Assembly (NCBI GenBank): GCA_016193545.1
Contig: JACPSA010000041.1
Span: forward strand, 1-35,091
DNA: 35,091 nucleotides
Origin: Chloroflexota bacterium
GTDB taxonomy: Bacteria; Chloroflexota; Dehalococcoidia; Dehalococcoidales; UBA2162
Direction of reading: 5' to 3'
The position numbers were made by a program, and so were the translations under genes. Below, piece by piece: positions 16,108 through 24,731 of this stretch (its first letter is position 1; each line of letters starts with the position of its first letter). Below the pieces are notes generated by a model, which did no database searches, was not told where the DNA came from, and saw only the letters and a program-made list of their open reading frames with translations.

Positions 16108-17094
16108 TTAATCCAGTACCTTCAGACCGGTGTTATTGGCGTGGGTAATGAAGCAAGTACCGCCCATATTCTTATCCAGGAAACGGCGTGCCTTCTGCTC
16201 AAGGTCGGACAGGTCTTCCCCGAAAGCGAAGATGGCTGCCCCCCAGCTGCTCATGCCGACGCCAATGCCGCCATTCTGTTTCAGAAAGTCCTTGCACTGT
16301 AGAATGTTATGTGATTGGGCACGAAATTCGAACTTTTTGAAGCCGTATTTCTGCGTTTCCTCAAGGGCAGAGCCGAATGATTCCAGGTCTCGTTCCAGGA
16401 TAGCTGGCAGCATCTTGAGCAGTATCAGGTGGCAGATTGTCTGCACTTCGCTCAGCGGTACCGGACAGACGACTTTAAAGATTTGGACCTCGTGGATACC
16501 GGCCGTCTGCTCACCGGTGGGAATACAGATTAAGATGTCCCAGTCGGGGAAATCATAGTGTGCCAGCACCGGCGGCGGCATCAGGCCGCGTACGGCGGAA
16601 GAGGGAGTATACTCGCTCTTGCTGTTGGCGACGCCGTCGGCACGGAATTTATGACCGCCATCGAGGATAAACCCACCATGTTCGATGCTGGCGACTCCGA
16701 TGCCTGATGTGCCGCCGCGGTTCACTACCGAGCCTAACTCGGCAGCACTCACCGAGCGTCCGGCTAGATGGCAGAGTACTTTAGCCACTCCCACCATCAG
16801 TTGTGTGCCGCTGCCCAGACCCACATGGACTAAGGGCCGCTCTTCGATAACGATTTTAGCCGGCGGGAGGTCATAGCGTTGTATTACCGCCTGGGCCCCC
16901 TCATAGGCACGCTTAGCCACCGCCGGGTCGGGCGGATACTCAACCTCCAGGCGGTTGTTTTTTTTGGCATAAATCACAGTTTGGGGGTCTTCAAGGGTAA
17001 TGCCCGTGCCGCCATCGATACGTCCGATTTCTCCATTAAGGTCAATCAATCCCAGATGCAGACGGGAAGGAAAGGCAATTCTAACTTCATTCAT
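16108..17094 (-). CDS. beta-Ribofuranosylaminobenzene 5'-phosphate (beta-RFAP) synthase family protein (GHMP superfamily)
   Basis: 328 aa. PSRLHLGLIDLNGEIGRIDGGTGITLE, VGLGSGTQL, NRGGTSGIGV, GGFILDGGH and GFKKFE match the family blocks as I recall them for archaeal MptG-type enzymes. Confidence 0.7.
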   Translation of the reverse strand: MNEVRIAFPSRLHLGLIDLNGEIGRIDGGTGITLEDPQTVIYAKKNNRLEVEYPPDPAVAKRAYEGAQAVIQRYDLPPAKIVIEERPLVHVGLGSGTQLMVGVAKVLCHLAGRSVSAAELGSVVNRGGTSGIGVASIEHGGFILDGGHKFRADGVANSKSEYTPSSAVRGLMPPPVLAHYDFPDWDILICIPTGEQTAGIHEVQIFKVVCPVPLSEVQTICHLILLKMLPAILERDLESFGSALEETQKYGFKKFEFRAQSHNILQCKDFLKQNGGIGVGMSSWGAAIFAFGEDLSDLEQKARRFLDKNMGGTCFITHANNTGLKVLD

Positions 17095-17098
17095 ATTG

Positions 17099-17905
17099 TT
17101 ATCTCCTTGTTCGTGTTTTCAGCGCCTTACCGGCTTCCTCAATGCTCAATCCCTGGTGAATCATTCGCCAGACGATATCCAGAAGTTCCGCTGGGCGAGC
17201 GCTTTGCCAGATGTTTCGTCCCATGACAATGCCCCGGGCGCCGCCCTTTAAAGCGCCGTTAATCATGTTGAGAGTGTCCAGGTCGGTATCGCACTTAGGC
17301 CCGCCGGCAATCATCACCGGCACCGGGCAGCCCGCGATAACCCGGTTGAAATCCTGGGGCGTATAGTATGTCTTGACCATGTCTGCCCCGTGCTCGACGG
17401 CGACACGTGCTCCTAGGGCCAAATACTGGGGGTCGAGCATTCTGTTTTCCATTGTCTTGCCCACACCCAGCACACCGAGCAGGGGCAGGTCATACTGGTG
17501 GCATTCGTCGGCTAGGTAGGCCATATTCATCAGTGTCTCATGCTCATTGGGGGAGCCGATAAAAGCGGTTGTAGCCAGGGCGTCAGCCCCGAGCCGAAGC
17601 GCCGTGTCTACGCTGGTGGTCAGTCCTTCATTGGTGAGGTCTTCACCGGCGATGGTGGCGGCGCCGCTGGCGCGCAGGATTATGCCCTGCCGGCCATCAG
17701 GCTCGAAGCAGGTGGTCAGTATTCCTTTAGTTATTAGCCAGGCATCTACTTTGCCGGTGGCGGACAGGGTGCGGATAGTCCTGGCGATATCGACCAGACC
17801 TGTCGTTGGCCCCAGCGCCATTCCGTGGTCTACGGCGATAATGAGTCCTTTGCCGCTGGCCGGGTTCAAGATGCGGTTCATGCGGTTTCGTTTACCTACT
17901 GTCAT
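17099..17905 (-). CDS. DhnA-type class I aldolase family protein (FbaB / ADH synthase AroA' / LsrF-like)
   Basis: 268 aa. LIIAVDHGMALGP, GADMVKTYYT (Schiff-base Lys context), CPVPVMIAGGPK and GRNIWQ closely parallel archaeal 2-amino-3,7-dideoxy-hept-6-ulosonate synthase-type proteins. Confidence 0.75.
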   Translation of the reverse strand: MTVGKRNRMNRILNPASGKGLIIAVDHGMALGPTTGLVDIARTIRTLSATGKVDAWLITKGILTTCFEPDGRQGIILRASGAATIAGEDLTNEGLTTSVDTALRLGADALATTAFIGSPNEHETLMNMAYLADECHQYDLPLLGVLGVGKTMENRMLDPQYLALGARVAVEHGADMVKTYYTPQDFNRVIAGCPVPVMIAGGPKCDTDLDTLNMINGALKGGARGIVMGRNIWQSARPAELLDIVWRMIHQGLSIEEAGKALKTRTRR

Positions 17906-17935
17906 TCCGCTTGTCTCCTTAGACCCTAGTTCTCG

Positions 17936-18964
17936 TTAGATAAGCACAACCGCCTTGAGTAGATTATGTTCTCGTGTCTGCTGCACAGCATCGAGCAGCT
18001 TGTCCAGGCTAACGCGGTGGGAGATGATTTTCTCTACAGGCGCTTTTCCGGTGGAGATGAGACGGAGCGCCTGTTTAAAATCCGGCAGTGAAGACCCGAA
18101 GGTGCCGGTGAGTATAATCTCGCCGTAGTGCAGCCATCTGGGGTCGATGGTCAGGCGGGAACCCTTTGGCGCACCGCCAAAGATGTTGAATACTCCCGCA
18201 TTCCGTACCATGGGCAAATATTTTTCCATGACCTCGGTCGAACCCAGTGCGGCAATGACCAGGTCGGCGCCAATCTCGGTAATGGAGCGTACTGCCTGAA
18301 CAGGGTCGGTTTTACCGGCATCGATGACTTTCTCTGCTCCCAACTCTCGTGCTTTATCCAGGCGCTCCGGGATGACGTCGATAACGATAGTACGTGCGCC
18401 CTGCGCCTCAGCCGTCAGCAGGTGGAGCAGTCCCATAGGGCCGGCGCCGATGATGGCTATCCAGTCTCCTTTAGCGACTCCGGCGGAGCGGAAGGCGCTG
18501 AGGCAGCAACTGAGGGGTTCAGTCATGGCTGCCAGCTCCATGGAGAGGGAATTCTTAATAGGTAAGATACCCCCTAGGTCCACCAGAGTTTTGGGAATGC
18601 GGACATATTCAGCGAAACCACCGTCGGCGCCGTGTGCCAGGCCAAATTCGTGGAGGCAGAGGCTATGTCGTCCCCGACGGCAGAAGAAACATTCTCCGCA
18701 CGAGGCTATGGGGTAGACGGCAACCCTCTGGCCGGTGGTTAATTCCTTAACGCCAGCGCCGACTTCGTGTACCAGCCCGGCGACTTCATGTCCCAGAATA
18801 GTCGGTAAATTTCGGGGTGTGCTCTCACCGGACAAAATCTTGACATCGGTAGTGCATATTCCGCAGGCTTTTACTTCGATGACCACTTCCCCGGGCAGGG
18901 CGTGCGGTGTCTCCACCTCCTGGTAACGGAGGTCATTCTCACCATATAGTACGGCTGCTTTCAT
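17936..18964 (-). CDS. Zn-dependent medium-chain alcohol/polyol dehydrogenase
   Basis: 342 aa with GHEVAGLVHEVG, the structural-Zn cysteines CGECFFCRRGRHSLC, and the GAGPMGLL Rossmann loop. Confidence 0.9.
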   Translation of the reverse strand: MKAAVLYGENDLRYQEVETPHALPGEVVIEVKACGICTTDVKILSGESTPRNLPTILGHEVAGLVHEVGAGVKELTTGQRVAVYPIASCGECFFCRRGRHSLCLHEFGLAHGADGGFAEYVRIPKTLVDLGGILPIKNSLSMELAAMTEPLSCCLSAFRSAGVAKGDWIAIIGAGPMGLLHLLTAEAQGARTIVIDVIPERLDKARELGAEKVIDAGKTDPVQAVRSITEIGADLVIAALGSTEVMEKYLPMVRNAGVFNIFGGAPKGSRLTIDPRWLHYGEIILTGTFGSSLPDFKQALRLISTGKAPVEKIISHRVSLDKLLDAVQQTREHNLLKAVVLI

Positions 18965-18967
18965 TTA

Positions 18968-19672
18968 TTATCTTTTTATCGGGACGACTCTGCGGATAGC
19001 CAACATTAGCTGGTGTAGCTTCTTGGCGTCTTTATGTCCGGGGGTGCTTTCTACCCCGTTGCACAGGTCGATGCCGTAGGGACGGACGAGTTCGATGGCG
19101 GACTGGATATTCTGCGGGTTGATGCCACCGGCCAGAAAAGTCCGTACCGAAGTAGCTTGCACCAGCTTGCGGGCAATATCCCAGTTGCTCACCTGACCGG
19201 TCCCGCCATAGCGCCGGTTACCCTGTGGTGAGCTGGCTACGGTATCGATAAGTATGGCATCGATACCGGCATCAATCAGGGAATCTATCCTGTGCCGGTA
19301 TTCAGCGATATCGATTTCTCCCAGGCCACGGGGTGGGAGGTGGATAGATTTCCACAATTCACAGGTCACAATGTTTTTGAGATTCTTGACTAAAGAAGGT
19401 GGTTCTTGCCCTAAAAGTTGCACGGCATGGGGATGCAAAGTGGATACCATTTTCTGTATCTGCTTCGCCGACCAGTTGAAAACCACCGTGACTACCGGTA
19501 GGGTCGACTGCTGGCAAATCGGCAGCGCCTGTTCTACGGTTAAGCGTCGCGGCGAGTAATCAATCTCGATAATGACGCCGATATAATCGGCACCAGCTTC
19601 CGCGGCCAAACGGGCGTCATCGATACTGGTGATACCGCAAACTTTTACCTTGACTTTTTTTTGAGCGGACAA
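18968..19672 (-). CDS. trpF: Phosphoribosylanthranilate isomerase (TrpF)-like protein, outside any trp operon context
   Basis: 234 aa with VKVCGITSIDDARLAAEAGADYIGVI...FLAGGINPQNI... No trpC, trpB or trpA neighbours are present in the window. Confidence 0.75.
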   Translation of the reverse strand: MSAQKKVKVKVCGITSIDDARLAAEAGADYIGVIIEIDYSPRRLTVEQALPICQQSTLPVVTVVFNWSAKQIQKMVSTLHPHAVQLLGQEPPSLVKNLKNIVTCELWKSIHLPPRGLGEIDIAEYRHRIDSLIDAGIDAILIDTVASSPQGNRRYGGTGQVSNWDIARKLVQATSVRTFLAGGINPQNIQSAIELVRPYGIDLCNGVESTPGHKDAKKLHQLMLAIRRVVPIKR

Positions 19673-19699
19673 AGCGACCTAGCGGAAAATACGCCGCAG

Positions 19700-19721
19700 T
19701 GTCAATCCGCTTGTCAATCGG
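19700..19721 (-). promoter_or_regulatory. Tandem direct repeat GATTGACA x2 in the 64-nt gap upstream of the trpF-like gene (candidate internal promoter or operator)
   Basis: The minus sense reads cCGATTGACAagcGGATTGACActgcggcgTATTTT. The plus-strand copies of tgtcaatc are at 19700-19707 and 19712-19719. Confidence 0.3.
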
Positions 19722-19736
19722 ATGTTATCCTGGCCA

Positions 19737-22229
19737 TCAGCCTAGATGTAACAGGCGCTTGAGCAGGGCACGGTAGACATCACGCCAGGACTGCTGCAGC
19801 CTTATCTCCTGTAGCAGGAATAACGTCTTTCTGGGGCTGAACCGGCTCTGTATGTAAGCCTGGGCGATATCATCGATAGCTTCAGTCTGTGCCGGAATAA
19901 CCGACGCCAGCCGGGTACAGTATTCCAGGGGTGTCTCGTACGGGTTGGGTCCCGATTTGACTAATGAAGCCAGCCAGCTCATCCTGGCATAAACATTGAA
20001 GGCGTTGTCGGCTCCGGTGAAGCGCCGCAGCCAGCGATAAAGGAGTATTGCCGCAGCCAGCATCACTAATAGCTGGATACTGATTGTGGGGAAAGGTGTG
20101 ACTTGCCCCGGCTTTTTAGAGAGGCTGTTATCATCCGAGGCAGCACCCGAGGGGCCGCCTAGCTCGTCTTCATCTTCAGAAGTGGCAATGCTGGAGTTGG
20201 CGTTTGTTTCATCGGGGATGTTTACCTGGTTTTCCAGACGGGTAGTCGCCTCGAATTCTACCCAGCCGTAGCCGGGGAAGTAAATCTCCGGCCAGGCATG
20301 ATAGTCCCTTGCTCGTACGATAAGCTTGCCGGTATTTTTATCTAATTTGCCGTGGAGATAGCCGGTATTGAGCCGGGTGGGTACGCCTATTGAACGGAGC
20401 ATAACGGCCATGCTTGAGGCGAAGTTGACACAATCGCCCTCTTGCTGCTTGAAGATAAAATAGTCTACAGGGTCGACCTCTGCCGGAAAAGACTCCACCG
20501 CTTCGTTATATTTGAACCTGTTGAGGAAGCGTTTAATAATTATCGCTTTGTCATAGGCCGTTACAGCTCCCTCGGTAAGTTCTTTGCTGAAGCGTTTGAC
20601 ACGTTCCGGGAGACTGTCAGGTAATTGCAGATAGTAATCAATAATCTGCTGAGTATAGTTGTCGCCGGCTTGAGACAGTTCGTCAGGTGTGGCAGTAAGA
20701 GTGCTGGCTGTCAGTTCATAGCGCTGATTAGGTTTTAGCAGTTGTGGTGCGATGATGGCAACAATGTCTCCGGCGTTTCCATGTGCCTGGCTTGTTCCAT
20801 CTGTGGTTATGTTATTGCTCTGGGGTATTAACCCGGGGATACCTGGTGGTGGGAGGCTGGAACTATCGGTGACGCTGCCCGGCGGTATGTTCGCTGGCTG
20901 AGGTTCTTTAGTCTTGTTTAGCTCCGGTAGCGTATCTACCGGCGGTGGAACTTGTCCGGAGGGAGCAGGCAAGGTCTCATTTGTAGAAGGAATGGAGTCA
21001 GCAGTGGTGGCCGGTAAGATGGTGTTGGGTATAGACGCTGTAGAAGTCTCCAGTAAAACCGGGATATTGGTAGATACAAATTCGCCGGCAGTCAGCAGGA
21101 CATCTGTTTTTAGTCTGGTTTCCACGGTATACGTCATCTTCTGGCGTTTAGGTGCCTCGGTTTCAGTGATAGGTGTTTCCGGTTTGAGCATGTGATTGGT
21201 CATAGCATTGCTGGTCCATCCCCAGGAGTAGTAAGTATCGTACCTTCTGGTGCGCCAGTAAGAAGGCCGCTCAGCGGTAATGACGAATTGTATCTCATTA
21301 CTGTAGTCGATATTATCGCTGAAAGATAGTTTTTCTTGGTCACTGCTTCTGATGATATTCCATTTTCCGGGCACGGCAGCAAAGAGATTTAACCAGTAAT
21401 TTTCGGCATTCTTCGCCCAGGGGATGGCGGCGTTAGTCACGGTTTCCAGCTGCTTAACCTGGATTTCAGGTGTGAACCAGGCGCTGGAAACGGTCAGAAG
21501 GCTGATAATAACTACTGAAGCGGTGAAGTAGACCATACCATGTTTAGGATAATCGGTACCATATTTCTGGAATTGGCTATGTTCTCGGTACAGATTTGTC
21601 AAGCCAATCAATAACATTGACATTAAGAAATAAATAATGAAGAAGTGATAGTATTGTTGAGTCAGATTAGCAAGATTGACCAGAATGATAATGGCGCCCA
21701 GAGAAACTGCTACCCACGCATTTTGTTTGCGCAAGATTAGCCATGTTGAGATATTACCCGTCAGCCAGCTGAGGAAAACAAGAAATACGGCGAAGTGCAG
21801 TATTCCCTCGCTGGGCTTGGTCAGGCTGATTGCCTGCCACCAGGACTTCAAAATAGCTATCAAGTGATTAGAGTCCGGAGTGGTGTCCGGCAGGGGTAAG
21901 AGAATAGCTGTTTGCCACACGGTAATCACAACTCCGAGGACTATGATGATGGAAAGTGTTACGGCATTATGAACTCGGGTTTTGACCAGTAGCCAGACGG
22001 TCAGTATGGCCAGGCTGAGGACCAGTGTCAGCGATGGTTGCGGTGTTATCCACTGGGCTTGCTCAACGGAACGCAGAGCGATAGCTAGAGTCAGAAAAAC
22101 AAGCAAGACGCTTACCCACTCTGGCCCGCTGCCCAGCCAGAACCTGAGACCCGATGGCAATAGTCGGTATCTTCGGGTTATTCCGGTCAAATAAGCTATG
22201 AATCTGCTTTCTTTCTGGTTCCTATTCAA
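19737..22229 (-). CDS. Transglutaminase-like (TgpA-type) multi-pass membrane protein
   Basis: 830 aa. It has N-terminal polytopic TM helices and a Pro/Ser/Thr-rich low-complexity segment. The transglutaminase core is QQEGDCVNFASSMAVMLRSIGVPTR ... DYHAWPEIYFPGYGWVEFEAT. A C-terminal TM helix follows. Confidence 0.85.
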   Translation of the reverse strand: MNRNQKESRFIAYLTGITRRYRLLPSGLRFWLGSGPEWVSVLLVFLTLAIALRSVEQAQWITPQPSLTLVLSLAILTVWLLVKTRVHNAVTLSIIIVLGVVITVWQTAILLPLPDTTPDSNHLIAILKSWWQAISLTKPSEGILHFAVFLVFLSWLTGNISTWLILRKQNAWVAVSLGAIIILVNLANLTQQYYHFFIIYFLMSMLLIGLTNLYREHSQFQKYGTDYPKHGMVYFTASVVIISLLTVSSAWFTPEIQVKQLETVTNAAIPWAKNAENYWLNLFAAVPGKWNIIRSSDQEKLSFSDNIDYSNEIQFVITAERPSYWRTRRYDTYYSWGWTSNAMTNHMLKPETPITETEAPKRQKMTYTVETRLKTDVLLTAGEFVSTNIPVLLETSTASIPNTILPATTADSIPSTNETLPAPSGQVPPPVDTLPELNKTKEPQPANIPPGSVTDSSSLPPPGIPGLIPQSNNITTDGTSQAHGNAGDIVAIIAPQLLKPNQRYELTASTLTATPDELSQAGDNYTQQIIDYYLQLPDSLPERVKRFSKELTEGAVTAYDKAIIIKRFLNRFKYNEAVESFPAEVDPVDYFIFKQQEGDCVNFASSMAVMLRSIGVPTRLNTGYLHGKLDKNTGKLIVRARDYHAWPEIYFPGYGWVEFEATTRLENQVNIPDETNANSSIATSEDEDELGGPSGAASDDNSLSKKPGQVTPFPTISIQLLVMLAAAILLYRWLRRFTGADNAFNVYARMSWLASLVKSGPNPYETPLEYCTRLASVIPAQTEAIDDIAQAYIQSRFSPRKTLFLLQEIRLQQSWRDVYRALLKRLLHLG

Positions 22230-22242
22230 GACTCGCTGTACC

Positions 22243-23469
22243 TCAAATATATCTCGTGTGCAGGGAGGCGACTCTGTTATCCAGAGCTCTGGCTAATTCG
22301 TCTCCTTTTCTGACGGTATAGACTTGGATGCCGTTGGCACTAAGGTTGTGTGCGGTGTTTAGTTGGCCGGCGGTACCGCCAAAGCTGGCTGGTTCGAGCA
22401 GGATAGCCACTGCCAGGTTGTCACGGCCTTTGAGCTGCCGGATAGCGGTCACCATCTCTTTACTGTCTGAAGGTGTGATAACAACGGCGATAGAATTGCC
22501 GTTAAAGTGTTCCATCTGGCTGGAAATCAATTGGCTGACGGGTGTCTCTCCGCTTGCTTTCATTAAGGCGAGGGCTTCCATCAGTCGCCCCAAGTGTTGC
22601 TCTCCCCTCTCAGGTGGGAAAAAGTAAGGTCGGTCGCCTGAAGCCGTCAATCCCACCTGCATGCCGCTATCGATATATTTTTTTATGAGAGAAGCGGCAA
22701 TAGTGATAGCATATTCTTCGGTGGTCTCGTCGCCTTCACCAAGTTGAGGGGCCTGTTGCATATCGATGATAATCCAAACGCTTTCCGAACCGCTATGAGA
22801 ATGGTCAGTATCAAACATCTTGACCATTAGCTTGCCGGCGTGAGCGGTACTGTGCCAGTGGATGTGGTTAAGACTGTCGCCGGTAGTGTATTCTCGTACG
22901 CTGGAGGCATTAGGACTGATTTGACTAAATGACCGGTAGCCGGAGTTATAACCGAAGACACTGAGAGGCGATGATTCAAAGAAGGGTAATTGCAGTGTTG
23001 CCGGGTAGATAAGGATAGGGTGTGATTTTCCCAGGTTTCGTTGCCGGGAGAAAAGACCGAACGGGTCCGTGGCGGTAACAGTAATCGAGCCCAGGCTGTA
23101 TTGGCCCCGGCGTCGGCAATGAACATTGCTCTGCCAGCAGTAAGAGCCTCCCGCAGGCAAATTCAATACCGTCATGTTGTGATATCCCGGTATATCGGTA
23201 GTCTCGGCTACTTTAAGCAATAGTTTGGGTAACTTGCTCTGGTTGAATAGAGTCACTTCTTTGTCGAATCGCTCACCAACCTGGCAATTGTCCGGCGGTT
23301 GACTAGCTTGAATCCTGATACCACGCAGTCCGAACAGTGCCCACAGGTAGCTGATTAAAAGTACCAGTGCTAGAAGGACGGAGAGTCTCAATACCAGTAC
23401 CAGACCCTCAGCTAGAGCTAGAAACAGGAGAATCGGGAGCAGGATAAAAATGATAGTTCGGATTTTCAT
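22243..23469 (-). CDS. DUF58 (vWA-like) protein
   Basis: 408 aa with two N-terminal TM helices and the DUF58 signature VREYTTGDSLNHIHWHSTAHAGKLMVKMFD. Confidence 0.85.
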   Translation of the reverse strand: MKIRTIIFILLPILLFLALAEGLVLVLRLSVLLALVLLISYLWALFGLRGIRIQASQPPDNCQVGERFDKEVTLFNQSKLPKLLLKVAETTDIPGYHNMTVLNLPAGGSYCWQSNVHCRRRGQYSLGSITVTATDPFGLFSRQRNLGKSHPILIYPATLQLPFFESSPLSVFGYNSGYRSFSQISPNASSVREYTTGDSLNHIHWHSTAHAGKLMVKMFDTDHSHSGSESVWIIIDMQQAPQLGEGDETTEEYAITIAASLIKKYIDSGMQVGLTASGDRPYFFPPERGEQHLGRLMEALALMKASGETPVSQLISSQMEHFNGNSIAVVITPSDSKEMVTAIRQLKGRDNLAVAILLEPASFGGTAGQLNTAHNLSANGIQVYTVRKGDELARALDNRVASLHTRYI

Positions 23470-23522
23470 AGTTTTGATGCGGAGATTGTATTTAGTGACA
23501 AACCGCCTGAGCCAGTATCGTT

Positions 23523-24488
23523 TTACCTTTTGGCTTTGGCAAATGTTCCGGGTACGGGTACCGTTTCCAGTAGTTCATCAATAGTAACTTTACCATCCTT
23601 ATCCTGTGAATCTGACGAGTGGACTATTATCCGATGAGCCAGGACCGGTTTGGCTAAAATTTTGACGTCATCCGGTAAAACAAAGTCGCGTCCCTGGATT
23701 AAAGCATAGGCCTGGGCGGTGCGGAAAAGACCTAAAGCACCCCGGGGGGAAGCTCCCAGGTGTATCATCGGATTATGGCGTGTTGCGGCCACCAATGCTA
23801 CGATGTACTGCTTTACTAAATCATCCACGTAAATAGCCTTCACGGCTTGCTGAAGCGTCAAAACGTCAGCCGCATTAGCCACCGGACTAAGTTGTTCGAT
23901 AGGATGAGTATACTGTTGTTTTTCCATAATGGTTATTTCGTCAGCTGGAGATGGATAGCCCAGAGATATCCGGAGCAGAAACCTGTCCAGTTGTGTCTCC
24001 GGAAGGGGGAAAGTGCCTTCATATTCTATGGGATTTTGGGTGGCTAAAATGTGAAAGGGAGGAGGTATCTGATGGGTAACACCATCTACGGTCACTTGTC
24101 CTTCCTCCATACATTCCAAGAGAGCTGATTGAACCTTGGGTGTAGCCCGGTTGATTTCGTCAGCCAGGACTATTTGTGCCATGATTGGACCGGGGCGAAA
24201 CTCGAAGTCGGCTGTTTTCTGGTTATAGACCGAAACTCCGGTAATGTCGCCGGGCAGCATATCAGGAGTGAACTGGATTCGCTTGAATGTGCAATCTATG
24301 GATTTGGCCAGGCTGCGGGCGAGCATGGTCTTACCAACGCCCGGAGCGTCCTCGATAAGCAAATGCCCTTTGGTAGTCAAAGCTATTACGGCCAGCACGA
24401 TTGCTTCCTTCTTGCCGAGAATGACTGTCCCCATGTTATCTATTATTTTCTCGGCCATCTTTTGTGCTGCTTTTGTTGAGTTCTCCAT
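23523..24488 (-). CDS. moxR: MoxR-family AAA+ ATPase
   Basis: 321 aa with Walker A APGVGKTMLA, Walker B VLADEINRA, and the ATQNPIEYEGTFPLPETQLDRF block. Confidence 0.9.
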   Translation of the reverse strand: MENSTKAAQKMAEKIIDNMGTVILGKKEAIVLAVIALTTKGHLLIEDAPGVGKTMLARSLAKSIDCTFKRIQFTPDMLPGDITGVSVYNQKTADFEFRPGPIMAQIVLADEINRATPKVQSALLECMEEGQVTVDGVTHQIPPPFHILATQNPIEYEGTFPLPETQLDRFLLRISLGYPSPADEITIMEKQQYTHPIEQLSPVANAADVLTLQQAVKAIYVDDLVKQYIVALVAATRHNPMIHLGASPRGALGLFRTAQAYALIQGRDFVLPDDVKILAKPVLAHRIIVHSSDSQDKDGKVTIDELLETVPVPGTFAKAKR

Positions 24489-24653
24489 CGCTGCCCTCCA
24501 AATGTTATCGAGTCTTTTCTGGTGACAACACCTTTTCTTTGTGTCTCTATTTTAATTGTAACATAAAAGAGATAAATAGTTAAAAAACCAATAATTACTC
24601 TGTCGGAACGGGGTCGGTTCGTTAAGATGACGTGTCGCTTTAAGAGTTATTAT

Positions 24654-24661
24654 TGTATAAT
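24654..24661 (+). promoter_or_regulatory. Extended -10 element (TGTATAAT) upstream of the crotonase gene
   Basis: tgTATAAT at 24654-24661 in an AT-rich divergent intergenic region, about 70 nt upstream of the ATG at 24732. The -35 is poor. Confidence 0.3.
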
Positions 24662-24731
24662 TGATTCCGATAAAAGGAGGGCTGATTTAGAGCCAGTGGG
24701 ATGGTAAATATTGTAAGGAGGCGAAGACAAT

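Noticed and set aside
19737-24488. MoxR/vWA-like/transglutaminase genes as a novel conflict (defence) system
   Set aside because: This exact triad is a widespread, conserved housekeeping-like module. No effector nuclease, protease or NTPase sensor additions typical of defence variants are present.
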